Source of the DNA: Longimicrobiales bacterium
GTDB taxonomy: Bacteria; Gemmatimonadota; Gemmatimonadetes; Longimicrobiales; Gaopeijiaceae
NCBI GenBank assembly: GCA_965218295.1
Contig: CBDCKN010000012.1
Location: forward strand, 96,001 to 160,000
Length of the DNA: 64,000 nt
Reading direction: 5' to 3'
Shown: positions 48,707-58,628 of the stretch, piece by piece
How the letters are laid out: every line of letters starts with the position of its first letter
How positions within the stretch are numbered: the stretch's first letter is position 1
Notes under the pieces: generated by a model
The model's input: only the letters and a program-made list of their open reading frames with translations
Database searches by the model: none
What the model was told of the DNA's origin: nothing
Program-made: the position numbers and the translations under genes

Positions 48707-50084
48707 GAGCTAGGATCAAAGGGTGTGTAAAAAGAGAGGCGACGTACCTTTCCGCTGAGTAATAACCAGCGAACTCCGGGTGACAGCCCGGGGGAAAGGA
48801 ACGACGCCTCGTGAGGAAGAATACGGTGGGACCCGAGGGTGAGTCCAGGACGCCCGTGTGGGAAGTTCTGGAAGAAGTGGTTCGGGAGAAGGCGCAGGAG
48901 TTCATTCAACAGATCTTGGAGGAGGAAGTCACGGAGTTGCTAGGGCGAGAGAAGTCAGAGCGCAGGAGGGTGGTGGACGCGACCGAGGGCTACCGCAACG
49001 GATACGGCAAGCCGAGGCGGCTGGCGATGAGCTCGGGCACGATCACACTCCGACGCCCTCGAGTTCGAGGCCTTGAGGAGCGGTTCGAGAGTCGGGTGCT
49101 GCCGTTGTTCGCGAGGCGGACGAAGGAGCTGGGCGCTCTGCTTCCGGAGCTGTATCTGCACGGACTGGCGGAGGGAGACTTCGAGTTGGCGATGCGGGGC
49201 CTGCTGGGCGAGGGGGCACCGCTGTCGAAGTCTTCGATTCGGCGGCTGCGGGCGGGATGGACGGCGGAGTTCGAGGAATGGAGCCAGCGTCGCCTGGAGG
49301 GTCGTGAGGTCGTCTACGTGTGGGCGGACGGGATCTATGTGAAGGCAGGGCTGGAGCGGGACAAAGCGGCGCTGCTGGTGGTGCTGGGTGCCATGCGAGA
49401 CGGGACGAAAGAGGTGTTGGCCCTGAGAGCGGGCTACCGAGAGTCGGTCGAGTCCTGGTCCGAGGTGTTGCGGGACCTGAAGGCACGCGGCATCGAGGCG
49501 CCCCGGCTTCTGATGGCGGACGGTAACGCTGCGATCTGGGGCGCAGTACGGCAGGTATGGCCTGAGGCGGGTGAGCAACGGTGCTGGAACCACAAGATGA
49601 GGAACGTGCTGGACCGACTACCTCAGCGGGAGCAGGGCGAGGCGAAGGATCTTCTCCGGGCCGTGGTCTACGCACCGAGCCGGGCCGAGGCCCTGAAGGC
49701 CCGCGAGGTGTTCGCCCGACGCTATAGGCCGTGGTATCCGAAAGCAGTGGACGTACTCGAGGACGACTGGGAGCGGATGGTAGCGTTCTACGACTTCCCC
49801 GAGGACCACTGGAAGCATCTACGCACGACGAACGTGGTCGAGAGCCCGTTCGCCGCGGTACGGCTCAGGACGACAGCAGCGAAGCGGTTCAAGCGGGTCG
49901 AGAGCGCTACGGCGCTAATCTGGAAGTTGCTCTTGGTGGCTGAGAAGCGGTTCCGAAGGCTCGACGCTCCTCACCTCCTCAAGGACGTATTTGAAGGAAG
50001 AAAGTTCGAAGACGGAAAGCCCGTCTCACACCAACAGCGGAAGAACGCCGCCTAATACGTTTACACACCTATTGACCCAACCTC
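48707..50084 (+). mobile_element. IS256-family insertion sequence (1378 bp)
   Basis: IRs GAGCTAGGATCAAAGGGTGTGTAAA / GAGGTTGGGTCAATAGGTGTGTAAA (20/25); 8-bp target duplication AGGACACG at 48699-48706 and 50085-50092. Confidence 0.95.
48811..50055 (+). CDS. IS256-family transposase
   Basis: YRNGY, YVWADG, LLMADG, QRCWNHK, LRTTNVVESPF (DDE). Confidence 0.95.
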   Translation: MRKNTVGPEGESRTPVWEVLEEVVREKAQEFIQQILEEEVTELLGREKSERRRVVDATEGYRNGYGKPRRLAMSSGTITLRRPRVRGLEERFESRVLPLFARRTKELGALLPELYLHGLAEGDFELAMRGLLGEGAPLSKSSIRRLRAGWTAEFEEWSQRRLEGREVVYVWADGIYVKAGLERDKAALLVVLGAMRDGTKEVLALRAGYRESVESWSEVLRDLKARGIEAPRLLMADGNAAIWGAVRQVWPEAGEQRCWNHKMRNVLDRLPQREQGEAKDLLRAVVYAPSRAEALKAREVFARRYRPWYPKAVDVLEDDWERMVAFYDFPEDHWKHLRTTNVVESPFAAVRLRTTAAKRFKRVESATALIWKLLLVAEKRFRRLDAPHLLKDVFEGRKFEDGKPVSHQQRKNAA

Positions 50085-50254
50085 AGGACACGGTACTAGA
50101 GTGACTGCTATGACACGGTGGATGGCCCTGCCTTCAGCAGTGAAAAGCACTGGTGGATAGTAGGGATCTACGATGCTACGCGCAGCATGTTCTCCGCTAG
50201 TGGGGAAATGCCTGATATGGGAGGGTTAGCCGGTGCGGTTATTGGGGCGTGCTC

Positions 50255-50701
50255 TCAGAATTGCTCGTGGTGTCCCTCGCCCACGTCGTCGGGTGGGGCG
50301 TCCCCCGCGCTACCCGGGATACGCTTAAAGGCTTCGCGCACGAATGCCACCACCAGAGCCCCAGTCATGCCGAGTGCGACCACCACTGTCCGTCCCTCAG
50401 AGTACTTACGCTCCTCTACAGCAGTGATATCCTCAAGAGCAATGCGTTCCCCAAGGCGTGACCCATCCGCAAACTCCATGTAGTCTGAGGAGACCAGACT
50501 GTCCTGCTCGATCCTCGGACTGTCGAGGACGTGATCGTCCCCGGCACGGTCATAAACCCTTAGTGATCCTGGTCGCTCAGCCACCAATTCGACCAGGGGT
50601 AGCTCAGAGGGTCTCCACGTGCGGCAGCCCGCCAGTAGAACGCAGGCGAAGCTGGTAGCGGCGAGTACGGGGCTCCGCAAGAGTGCGCGTATTCGTCTCA
50701 T
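50255..50701 (-). CDS. Hypothetical lipoprotein
   Basis: Lipobox LAGC, C-terminal TM, GGAGG RBS. Confidence 0.65.
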   Translation of the reverse strand: MRRIRALLRSPVLAATSFACVLLAGCRTWRPSELPLVELVAERPGSLRVYDRAGDDHVLDSPRIEQDSLVSSDYMEFADGSRLGERIALEDITAVEERKYSEGRTVVVALGMTGALVVAFVREAFKRIPGSAGDAPPDDVGEGHHEQF

Positions 50702-50770
50702 GATCTCCTCCCACGCGGCGTTGCGAGCCAGGGAACCGTGGCGTGCGGGCCGGTCGGGATTCAGCGTGAC

Positions 50771-51136
50771 TTACGTCAACACGCAGGTAACCGCGAAGCT
50801 CGCGGTGGACGTCTCTCCCGCCGTCACCGTAACGGAAACGGGGTTGTCGCCATCCACCATGCAGTTCCACGCGATATCCGTCAGCTCCACGGTGTGATCG
50901 CCCGCCTCCACCTCCAAGGTGACGCTGTCTGAGACGTCGACGTCTTCGGTCTGGGCGCCATCGTCCAGATCGACGACGAATCCGTCTGGGTCGAAGGCTG
51001 GCCCTGACGTGGTAACCTCCACCACGACGGTTCCCAGCTCAGGGCCGATCGGGTTGTCGCCGCACCCCACCAGCACCAAAGCCATCACCGCAAGGGCAAA
51101 ATCCACCACCGCGAGGAGAGAATCTGTCGATTTCAT
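50771..51136 (-). CDS. Hypothetical lipoprotein with a beta-sandwich domain
   Basis: Lipobox LVGC; TTSGP..DPDGF.V..D, GDHTVEL, paired Cys. Confidence 0.7.
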   Translation of the reverse strand: MKSTDSLLAVVDFALAVMALVLVGCGDNPIGPELGTVVVEVTTSGPAFDPDGFVVDLDDGAQTEDVDVSDSVTLEVEAGDHTVELTDIAWNCMVDGDNPVSVTVTAGETSTASFAVTCVLT

Positions 51137-51319
51137 TGGGTACTCCGTATTTCATAGTCCTGGCTAGAAGTTCTCATCGAGCATGGAAACGAATGAGGAG
51201 CCCCGAATGTGACAGGGGGTGGGTGTTGGCATCCTTCCTGCATCTTGTGATCCCCATGTCTGGGCACGACCAACGTGCCAAGGAACCGACCAAATCAGGA
51301 TCCAGGAGCAGGAGGACCG

Positions 51320-52006
51320 ATGATCAACACGGGAACCAGGTCGCGCCTCGGCGTGGCCCTGACCTTTTTCCTTGCCGGCCTCACCGGCGCGTGCGCCCAC
51401 GTGGGCCAGGATCAATTCGACGCCGAGGTCGAGTCTCTCCGTCGCGAGATCGAAGAGGGCGACCGGGCCAACCAGCAGCGCGTGGACGACCTTGGCCGGC
51501 GCACCGACGAGCACATGGAGGAGCTCTCGGCTCGTCTGGACGGGCTGACCCAAAGTCTTTCGGAGCTCCGAGGTGAGTTCGACGTCACGGTCGAGCGGCT
51601 GGAGAGCGCCGTTCGCTTCGACGTACCGGTGTACTTCAGATTCGACAAGGCCACTCTCCGGCCCGAGGATCTTCCGGTCCTGGACCGGTTCAGCAGGGTC
51701 GTGACGGAATACTACGCCGACGTCCTCCTCACCGTGGAGGGGTTCACCGATCCCGCCGGGTCTGTGGAGTACAACCGCCGGCTCGGATTACGGCGGGCGG
51801 CGGCGGTCCGGGGATACCTGGTGGAGTCCGGCGGCTTTCAGGAGAACCGGGTCAGAGCCGTCAGCTACGGAGAGGACGTGGCCCGCCTCGTGGCGCCCGG
51901 ACAGGCGGGCCGCGACGCAGGCTGGGAGAATCGCCGAGTGGCCCTCGTCATCGAGCATCTCGGTGTGGTGAGCGATCCGGCGCCTATGACGGGAGGAGCG
52001 CGCTAG
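51320..52006 (+). CDS. OmpA/Pal-like peptidoglycan-binding lipoprotein
   Basis: Lipobox, coiled-coil, YFRFDKA, VEGFTDP.G..EYN..L..RRA, VSYGE, NRRV. Confidence 0.9.
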   Translation: MINTGTRSRLGVALTFFLAGLTGACAHVGQDQFDAEVESLRREIEEGDRANQQRVDDLGRRTDEHMEELSARLDGLTQSLSELRGEFDVTVERLESAVRFDVPVYFRFDKATLRPEDLPVLDRFSRVVTEYYADVLLTVEGFTDPAGSVEYNRRLGLRRAAAVRGYLVESGGFQENRVRAVSYGEDVARLVAPGQAGRDAGWENRRVALVIEHLGVVSDPAPMTGGAR

Positions 52007-52468
52007 CCCGACTCCTCCATGACCAGTTCCGTGGTGATGTCGATGCACCCCGCTATCGACTTGTATACGGGGCATTTCGAGTGATGGAACTCGTGCACGC
52101 GCCTGGCCGTCTGCTCGGCCTCGGCGTCTCCCACCAAACGATAGCGGACGTGGATCCGCTTGATCACGAACGCCGTCCTCATTCTCAACTTCACCTCTCA
52201 CTTCGGCCGCGAGCCGTCCGTCGCCAGCCGAGATCCCACGCGCCTCCAGCGCGCCTCCGAGGGTGCCGATCAGTCAGCCGCCGGTGGCGGCCACGACGTG
52301 ATCGAGCGTGGTGGCGAACTCCTCGTCAGGGTCGACTCTGTAGTGTTCTGCGATGGCGCCATGCACGCCGAACATCGCGGGCTCCGCCGTGGCGGGAAGG
52401 TAGGCTCGGCGCACCGGACCCTTCACGCGCTCGATCCGGATGTCCGCCGTGTAGACCACGTCACCCAT
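52003..52468 (-). CDS. OsmC-like probable selenoprotein (in-frame TGA 52274-52276; apparent frameshift at about 52169)
   Basis: …TTLDHVVAATGG[TGA]LIGTLGGALEARGI…EVENEDG|VIKRIHVRYRL…HHSKCPVYKSI. TGA sits where the first OsmC Cys is expected; hairpin follows. Confidence 0.75.
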
Positions 52469-52668
52469 GCTGGCTTCTCCATACGGTTGAGGTTCCCGAT
52501 GGTATCGGTCGATCACCGGCCGCGGCAAGCCGACCACAGGCTCCGGCACCGAACGAGCGGCAGCGGGCCGGAGTTCCGTGGAACCTCTGCCCGGTCAGGG
52601 ATCGTATGTAAGGGATGTGTGGCAAGGGTCGTTGAACTGCGACCGTCGATCAGAGGGGAGGGTGCGGC

Positions 52669-53583
52669 ATGAGCGAGCGTGGTCTGATCCCCATCATCTG
52701 GAGTCCCCGGTACGAAGTGAACATTGGGAAGCACGTCTTTCCGGTTGAGAAGTACCGGTTGGTCAAGGAGCGCCTCGAGGACGGAGGCTGGCTCGAGAAG
52801 GCCCGTCTGGAGTCGCCCGAGCCTGCCACCGACGATGCCATCCTCCGAGTTCACACGCGGGCCTATTGGGAGAAGATCACTACAGGGGCCTTCACGCCCT
52901 CCGAAGAGCGCATCCTGGAGGTCCCGTTCTCCGACGACCTCAGGGAGGCCTCGGTCCTTTGCGCCGGCGGCACCACGCAGGCAGGGCGGCTGGCGCTGGC
53001 AGATGGGAGAGCCGTTCACCTGGGCGGCGGATTCCATCACGCCCTCGCCGATCACGGAGAGGGCTTCTGCCTATTGAACGACATCGCCATCGCGGCAGCG
53101 ACCCTGCTGGCCGAGAGCGCCACGGAGCGCATCGCCGTAGTCGACCTGGACGTACACCACGGAAACGGCACGGCCGCCATCTTCGCCGATGAGCCCCGCG
53201 TCTTCACCTTCTCCATGCACCACCAGTGGAACTACCCTGCCCTGAAGCCGCCGGGAGACCTCGACGTGGGCCTGGAGGACGGCGTCGGCGACGAGGAGTA
53301 CTTGGGACTCCTACGGGAGCACCTACCCCGCATTCTTGAGGAATTCCGGCCGGAGCTCATCCTGTATCTCGCCGGAGCCGACCCGTACGAAGCCGATCAA
53401 TTGGGGGGGCTGGCGCTCTCACTGGAGGGCCTGAGAGCCCGGGACGAGTTGGTCCTGGAGACCGCCGGAGAAGCGGGTGTGGGCGTGGCCGTCACCCTCG
53501 CTGGAGGCTACGCCATTCGACCCTCGGATACGGTGGCGATCCACTGCGGAACCGTTGAGGCCGCCCTGGCGTCCGACCCATGA
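52669..53583 (+). CDS. Histone deacetylase family protein
   Basis: HVFP..KY, GGGFHHA, GFC..ND, DLDVHHGNGT, GADP, LAGGY. Confidence 0.95.
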   Translation: MSERGLIPIIWSPRYEVNIGKHVFPVEKYRLVKERLEDGGWLEKARLESPEPATDDAILRVHTRAYWEKITTGAFTPSEERILEVPFSDDLREASVLCAGGTTQAGRLALADGRAVHLGGGFHHALADHGEGFCLLNDIAIAAATLLAESATERIAVVDLDVHHGNGTAAIFADEPRVFTFSMHHQWNYPALKPPGDLDVGLEDGVGDEEYLGLLREHLPRILEEFRPELILYLAGADPYEADQLGGLALSLEGLRARDELVLETAGEAGVGVAVTLAGGYAIRPSDTVAIHCGTVEAALASDP

Positions 53584-53604
53584 CCGCAGGGCGACCGGCA
53601 GCGC

Positions 53605-54126
53605 TCAACGAGGGAGGTTGAGCGCCTCCGTCACCTCCATACCGATGCGAGCCTGCGCCCGGCGCAGGTCCCCCGTCTCCCCCACGTCGAACTCCCCGCT
53701 CCAGAGGAGGGTACCGCTGTCGACCCGGTAGAGCTCGGCCACCAGCGTAGTTGCGGAAGCACCGGAGACCTCACGTCCCATGAGGATCATGTCGGCTTCG
53801 AACTGCCTGCCCACCTCCAGCGGGTCGCCACCCGGATCGAAGTAGCCGGCCGTACTCGCGGGGCCAAGGACTCCGAGCTCTCTCGGATCGATCCGGCCGA
53901 AGTACGACGCCAAGCCTTCACCAAATCCGGCGTAACGGCTGGAGCCAGGAGTCGAGCTCTGGAACGGGAGAACCGCCAGGACCGGCCTTCCCTTCGGGAT
54001 CCGGCGCCCACCTTCCATGACCATGAAGATCAACGACCCAACGAAGAGCGCGGACACCGTGATCACGAGCGCCGCGAGGGTCCGGCGTGCCCCCGTGCGG
54101 GGATCGGGCTCCACGATCCGAGTCAT
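53605..54126 (-). CDS. Membrane-anchored TolB-N/FlgO-like domain protein
   Basis: TM helix then LAVLPF...G..L...L...G.LLWS..FD pattern. Confidence 0.6.
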   Translation of the reverse strand: MTRIVEPDPRTGARRTLAALVITVSALFVGSLIFMVMEGGRRIPKGRPVLAVLPFQSSTPGSSRYAGFGEGLASYFGRIDPRELGVLGPASTAGYFDPGGDPLEVGRQFEADMILMGREVSGASATTLVAELYRVDSGTLLWSGEFDVGETGDLRRAQARIGMEVTEALNLPR

Positions 54127-54193
54127 GGCTGGAATGTCCGGTGGAGGCCCTCGTTGGGCCAGATCTCACGAGAACGCGTCACGGCGTCTCCCA

Positions 54194-55084
54194 TCACGGG
54201 ATGAGGCTGATGCCCAGGCCAAAGAAGGTCTCCTCCGCCTCCACCAGCTGGCCCATGGGCGACGAGCCGAAGTGGGCTCGTGCCTCGAGGCGTAGGAGAC
54301 GCTCGCTGACCCTGAGCCCCATCCCGGTCACCAGCGTCGTCCCCGACCGCCCCGTGAGGGTCGGGTGCTCGAAGTTGGCCGCGAACAAGGGCCAGATACC
54401 GTCGTCCACCCCCGGGGCGCGAGCCTCCCACTCCAACCCGGTCCGAAGGACTGCCCTCGAGACCTTCTTGTTGATGTGGAAGTTGAGGTCGCCGCCGGCG
54501 TAGATGCGTCCACCCGACCCGAAGGTCCGTGCCAACAGGCCCTCAACCCCGTCCCTGGTCCGCTGAATGAGCTTGTTCCCCTGCAGGACCAACCGCTCCG
54601 GGAAGCGAACGAGGTATTCGTCGCCCACGTGGGAGCTGAGGTGGCGGAGGGTTATCCTGACCTGCCAGTCGTCGTGCCGGATGGAGATGGGTAGGCCCAC
54701 CCGAAAGTCGACGTTGATCAAGTCCTTTTGCGAGGTCTCCATGAAGAAGCGCGAGAAGAAACCCAGCTCGAAGCCGAGGGTCATCGCGCGGTCGGCGGTG
54801 GTACCGTCGTCCATCCGCAGGATGGCCACGCTGTGACCGATCACCACCTCCGCCTCGATGTTGCGTCCAGCATAGTCCAACGCGTCGGGTCGATCGGCGA
54901 GGACGAAGGAGCCCCGGAGCTGCGTCTCGCGGGGTGCCGCGATGAGGGGCTCGAATGGACGTAGGCCTGGAAGCCAGCGGGATGCCTCCTGGCCCTTCAG
55001 ATCCCCGGGGTGAAGGGAGGAGGGGCCGGCGACCACCAGGGCCAGGAGCCCCGCTCGTATCTTCGCCAATCGGCGGGGCCTCAC
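54194..55084 (-). CDS. DUF1207-like outer-membrane protein
   Basis: Signal peptide, FEPLIA.PRE, DLINVDF, HLSSHVGDEY, beta-rich. Confidence 0.75.
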   Translation of the reverse strand: MRPRRLAKIRAGLLALVVAGPSSLHPGDLKGQEASRWLPGLRPFEPLIAAPRETQLRGSFVLADRPDALDYAGRNIEAEVVIGHSVAILRMDDGTTADRAMTLGFELGFFSRFFMETSQKDLINVDFRVGLPISIRHDDWQVRITLRHLSSHVGDEYLVRFPERLVLQGNKLIQRTRDGVEGLLARTFGSGGRIYAGGDLNFHINKKVSRAVLRTGLEWEARAPGVDDGIWPLFAANFEHPTLTGRSGTTLVTGMGLRVSERLLRLEARAHFGSSPMGQLVEAEETFFGLGISLIP

Positions 55085-55096
55085 TCGGGGTTCCGT

Positions 55097-57226
55097 CTAC
55101 TCGAACGAGCCAGGAACCGCCTCCTCCATCTCGGCCGCCACTTCCTCGGCCAGGCGCATCGTCGAGAGATCCAGGTCGTAGTCGGGCACCTCACGGGGCT
55201 GGAGCTTCTCGATCAGCTCCCGGAACTCGCGACCGGAGAGCCCCATGTCTTTGAGCTCGTCGGGCGTAAGACCCCCACCGTCCGACCTAGCTCGCACGCC
55301 GTCGTCATCACCCTCCAGGAGGTGGCGCAGCGCCGTCATCTCGGCTCGGCTCATGGGCTCGGCGCCCACGCTGTAGTCGAGCCACGCCTCGTAGCTGAGG
55401 GGAGCCACCCGCTTCAACATGCCGGCCATTACCCGTGCGAACTCCTGGATCTCCCACTGGGAATGGGGATCGACCCGGAGGGTCAGGAAGTGCAAGAGGT
55501 TGTGAAGGTCGATCTTCCAATACCACTGCGTATAGGTGGAAAGAGGAAGATCGATGCGGGCGAGCTCCCGAGCGACCTCCTCCTCCAACATCCATCGGTA
55601 CCCCTCGGAGGCCTCGGCACGGACCCGCTCCCAGCGCGCCACCGCCTTCTCGTACAGCTCCGCAGGAGCGTGCTCGGGCCGCCGGCCCTGACGGTTGTCC
55701 GCACTCTGGAGCGCGAAGTGGTCCAAGTCGGCCTTGTAAAAGAGGAGGGGCATCAACGAATAACGGCCGCTGTACTCGTTTACCGAATTGTGTGTGACGA
55801 TCCCGTTGGCGATAAAGTTGTGAGATGGGCCCTCCACCTCCAGGTCGTAGGTCTCGCGTATCCCCAAATACTCGAAACGCTCGACGCGAACGAGGCGAGT
55901 GCTGGTGAGCTTGTTCCACGGTACTCGCGGCCGCCTTTTCCATTCCGTATGAATCGGGCCGCCACCGAGCCGTTCGACGTAGTCCAGCTCATCCCCTGCG
56001 ACCCTTCGATGGCAGGGCGCACAGAGGGTCGTGAGGTTCCCAAGGTCCCTGGCTCTCGATTCGTCGGCCCAGACGGGGACGATGTGATGGCAGTGCAGCT
56101 CATCGGCCCTCTGGGCACACAGCTGGCAGGTCCATCCGTTCTCGGCGTGGACCTTGTGAGCGACCTGCGTGGTCCATCGCCCGATACCATCCCGCTCCGA
56201 GGAGCCCCCTCCGCGCCAGAAGTTGGAAGCAAGCCCGCTCCGTGATCTCCGGTTCGCCTCGACCCACTCGGCGGAGAGTTGCCGGGGGCCGAGCTCATAA
56301 GTGAGGTTCCTGTTCCATGGCGAATCACCCTCGGTGAAGCATCCGCGACCAGGCTCCGTGAGCTTGTGGCGCGTCAGCCACTTTCTGATCGTGTGGTACG
56401 AAACACCGCAATCTTCCGCGATGTAACGAATGTCCCGCCTCTGCTCGTTGTACTGTCGCTGGAGCCACTTCTTGTCCTGGCAGAGAGCCGGAGCTTCGGC
56501 TACGAGGCCGTTCACATGGACGTAGTGGTCTCCCGCCTGCCAAACAGCCCGCCCACCCTTCTCCTCGAGCCCGGTGGCTTGATGAAGCGTCCTCCATCCA
56601 TCGGCGAATCTGAAGCGGTGGTCCGCTGTAGCCGTGATCTCCTTCCCGTCGGCCAGAACCATCCGGAATACGTGCTTTGGGCCGTTCTTAAAGACATCCA
56701 CGACTCGGGTGTGGCCGATCCGCCCCGTCTCCTCGTCCATCTGACGAAGCCGCATGCCCTTCACACGGTCGCGCCGGAAGTACGGGTTCCTCTGTTTGTC
56801 GGGACGATGACGATTGACGGTCGGCTGAAATCGCCTCCACACGTCCTCGATGGGCAGCTTGTAGAGCTGATTTCCCCGTCGCTGAATGCCTCCGGGAAGG
56901 TCGAAGTACACCTCGGTCCCCTCCGCCAGGCAGGCCGTGCGATGTCGGATCCACTGGCGCGCCACGAACATGGGCATGGCACAGTGGAACTTGACCTCCA
57001 CCATCTCGCTAGGCGTCGTGTGGTAGTGCCTGCGCAGATACCGGATCAAGCCCCGAGTCTGGCTTACCTTCCGGGTGCCGTAGCCATAGCTGACGCGGGC
57101 GGCCCTCTCCACGTCGTCGTCTGTGCCCATGTAGTCGACCAGGGCCACGAAACCGTGGTCGAGAACGGGAAAATACCCCCCGAGAATCTCCTCCGCGGCG
57201 GGGCTCGTAGGTCTCTTGGTTTCCAT
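55097..57226 (-). CDS. thyX: FAD-dependent thymidylate synthase containing an intein
   Basis: AARVSY, H.TPSE, FVARQWIRHRTA|intein|SVNEYSGRY, RELARIDLP, HSQWEI. Confidence 0.95.
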   Translation of the reverse strand: METKRPTSPAAEEILGGYFPVLDHGFVALVDYMGTDDDVERAARVSYGYGTRKVSQTRGLIRYLRRHYHTTPSEMVEVKFHCAMPMFVARQWIRHRTACLAEGTEVYFDLPGGIQRRGNQLYKLPIEDVWRRFQPTVNRHRPDKQRNPYFRRDRVKGMRLRQMDEETGRIGHTRVVDVFKNGPKHVFRMVLADGKEITATADHRFRFADGWRTLHQATGLEEKGGRAVWQAGDHYVHVNGLVAEAPALCQDKKWLQRQYNEQRRDIRYIAEDCGVSYHTIRKWLTRHKLTEPGRGCFTEGDSPWNRNLTYELGPRQLSAEWVEANRRSRSGLASNFWRGGGSSERDGIGRWTTQVAHKVHAENGWTCQLCAQRADELHCHHIVPVWADESRARDLGNLTTLCAPCHRRVAGDELDYVERLGGGPIHTEWKRRPRVPWNKLTSTRLVRVERFEYLGIRETYDLEVEGPSHNFIANGIVTHNSVNEYSGRYSLMPLLFYKADLDHFALQSADNRQGRRPEHAPAELYEKAVARWERVRAEASEGYRWMLEEEVARELARIDLPLSTYTQWYWKIDLHNLLHFLTLRVDPHSQWEIQEFARVMAGMLKRVAPLSYEAWLDYSVGAEPMSRAEMTALRHLLEGDDDGVRARSDGGGLTPDELKDMGLSGREFRELIEKLQPREVPDYDLDLSTMRLAEEVAAEMEEAVPGSFE
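55787..56932 (-). mobile_element. Intein (382 aa) with HTH and HNH endonuclease
   Basis: Starts CLAEGT; block B TADHRF; ends TYDLEV...HNFIANGIVTHN/S; internal CQLC..HCHHI...NLTTLCAPCH. Confidence 0.93.
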
Positions 57227-57507
57227 ACTATGGGGTTCGCGGCCGCAGCCGGTGAGACGACGAAAGTGCCGGCGGAATAGATCCAAAGGGATTCCCACCC
57301 GCAAGCGGGAGGGTGCACTTGTTGGCCACCGGATACTCGCGGATCGTGGAGAGCCCAAGGGCCGGCCACGCTCGGCGGCGCCGGCAGACTTTCCTGGACA
57401 ACGTCGGGAGCCACTGGCGATCTTGGAAGCGTGGCTCGGGACGGCTGAAGCGGATCAGTCGTCATACTGGAATCCTACCCACCTCGTTGCAGCCTGCCAT
57501 AGACGCC

Positions 57508-58620
57508 GTGCGTATCGCCTTTTTCATCTCTCCCCACGGGTTCGGGCATGCGGCTCGGGCCGCCGCCGTCATGGAGGCGCTCCACGCCCAGGATCCGTCC
57601 ACTCGCTTCGACCTGTTCACCACCGTACCGGAGTGGCTCTTCCGGCACTCGTTGGACGGCCTCTTCCGGCACCACCCGTATGTTGCAGATGTCGGGCTCC
57701 GGCAAACCTCTGCTCTCGAGTTCGACGTCGAAGCCACCCGCGATGCCGTCGAGGCCTTCATCTCGCAGGCGCCGAGGGACGCCGACTCGCTGGCCGACCG
57801 GGTGAATGGGCTGGGGTGCTCGGCGGTGGTGTGTGACATCTCGCCGCTGGGCCTCATGGTGGCGGAGCGGGCGGGGCTGCCCTCGGTTCTAGTGGAGAAC
57901 TTCACGTGGGACTGGCTCTATGAGCCCCTCGCCACCCAGGACCCCGCCTTCGTTCCCATCGTGGAGTGGATGCGCGCCCGATTCGCCGAGGCGGGCCAGC
58001 GCATTCAGGCTCGGCCGCGGTGCGAGCCCCTGGCAAAGTCCGATCTCGTGGTTCCGCCCATCAGCCGCCGTCCCCGTCGGGAGCGTCCGGACGTGAGAGC
58101 CGAGCTCGACGTCGGAGGCGATGCACCGCTCGTGCTGATCACAATGGGGGGAGTGAGCCAGCCCCTCCCCTTCCTGGCGGAGCTTCGCAAGCGGGACGAC
58201 GTGACCTTCGTGGTGACGGGCTCGGAGCACCCGTTTGTACGGGTTGGCCCTTCGCGCCTGATGACCCGGGAGGGCAACCTACGGCTCTTCCACAGCGCCG
58301 CACGGGTCTTCATGCCCGATCTGATCCGCGCAGCCGACTGGGTGGTGGCGAAGCTGGGGTACGGCACCCTCGCAGAGGTCTGGGCCGCCGGCCGGCCGCT
58401 CGGCTATGTGGGACGGAGCGACTTCCGCGAGACCGGCCCGCTCAAGAACTTTGCCCGGAGCGAAATCCCGAGCCTCGAGATCTCCGAGGCAGACTTCTCC
58501 ACGGGGACCTGGATCGACCGAATCGACGATCTCCTCGCCCTGGGCTCCGCTCCGGAAAAAGGCACCAACGGCAGCGAGGCCGCTGCGCGCTGGATCATGG
58601 AGGCGACGGCCAAAGTCTGA
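57508..58620 (+). CDS. GT-B glycosyltransferase-like protein (arabinokinase N-terminal-like)
   Basis: ISPHGFGHAAR, VVCDISP, ENFTWDW.Y, AKLGYGT..E. Confidence 0.8.
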   Translation: MRIAFFISPHGFGHAARAAAVMEALHAQDPSTRFDLFTTVPEWLFRHSLDGLFRHHPYVADVGLRQTSALEFDVEATRDAVEAFISQAPRDADSLADRVNGLGCSAVVCDISPLGLMVAERAGLPSVLVENFTWDWLYEPLATQDPAFVPIVEWMRARFAEAGQRIQARPRCEPLAKSDLVVPPISRRPRRERPDVRAELDVGGDAPLVLITMGGVSQPLPFLAELRKRDDVTFVVTGSEHPFVRVGPSRLMTREGNLRLFHSAARVFMPDLIRAADWVVAKLGYGTLAEVWAAGRPLGYVGRSDFRETGPLKNFARSEIPSLEISEADFSTGTWIDRIDDLLALGSAPEKGTNGSEAAARWIMEATAKV

Positions 58621-58628
58621 GGACCGGC

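Noticed and set aside
50093..51170. Integron cassette array (short co-oriented ORFs)
   Set aside because: No convincing attC (RYYYAAC...GTTRRRY) pairs and no integrase nearby.
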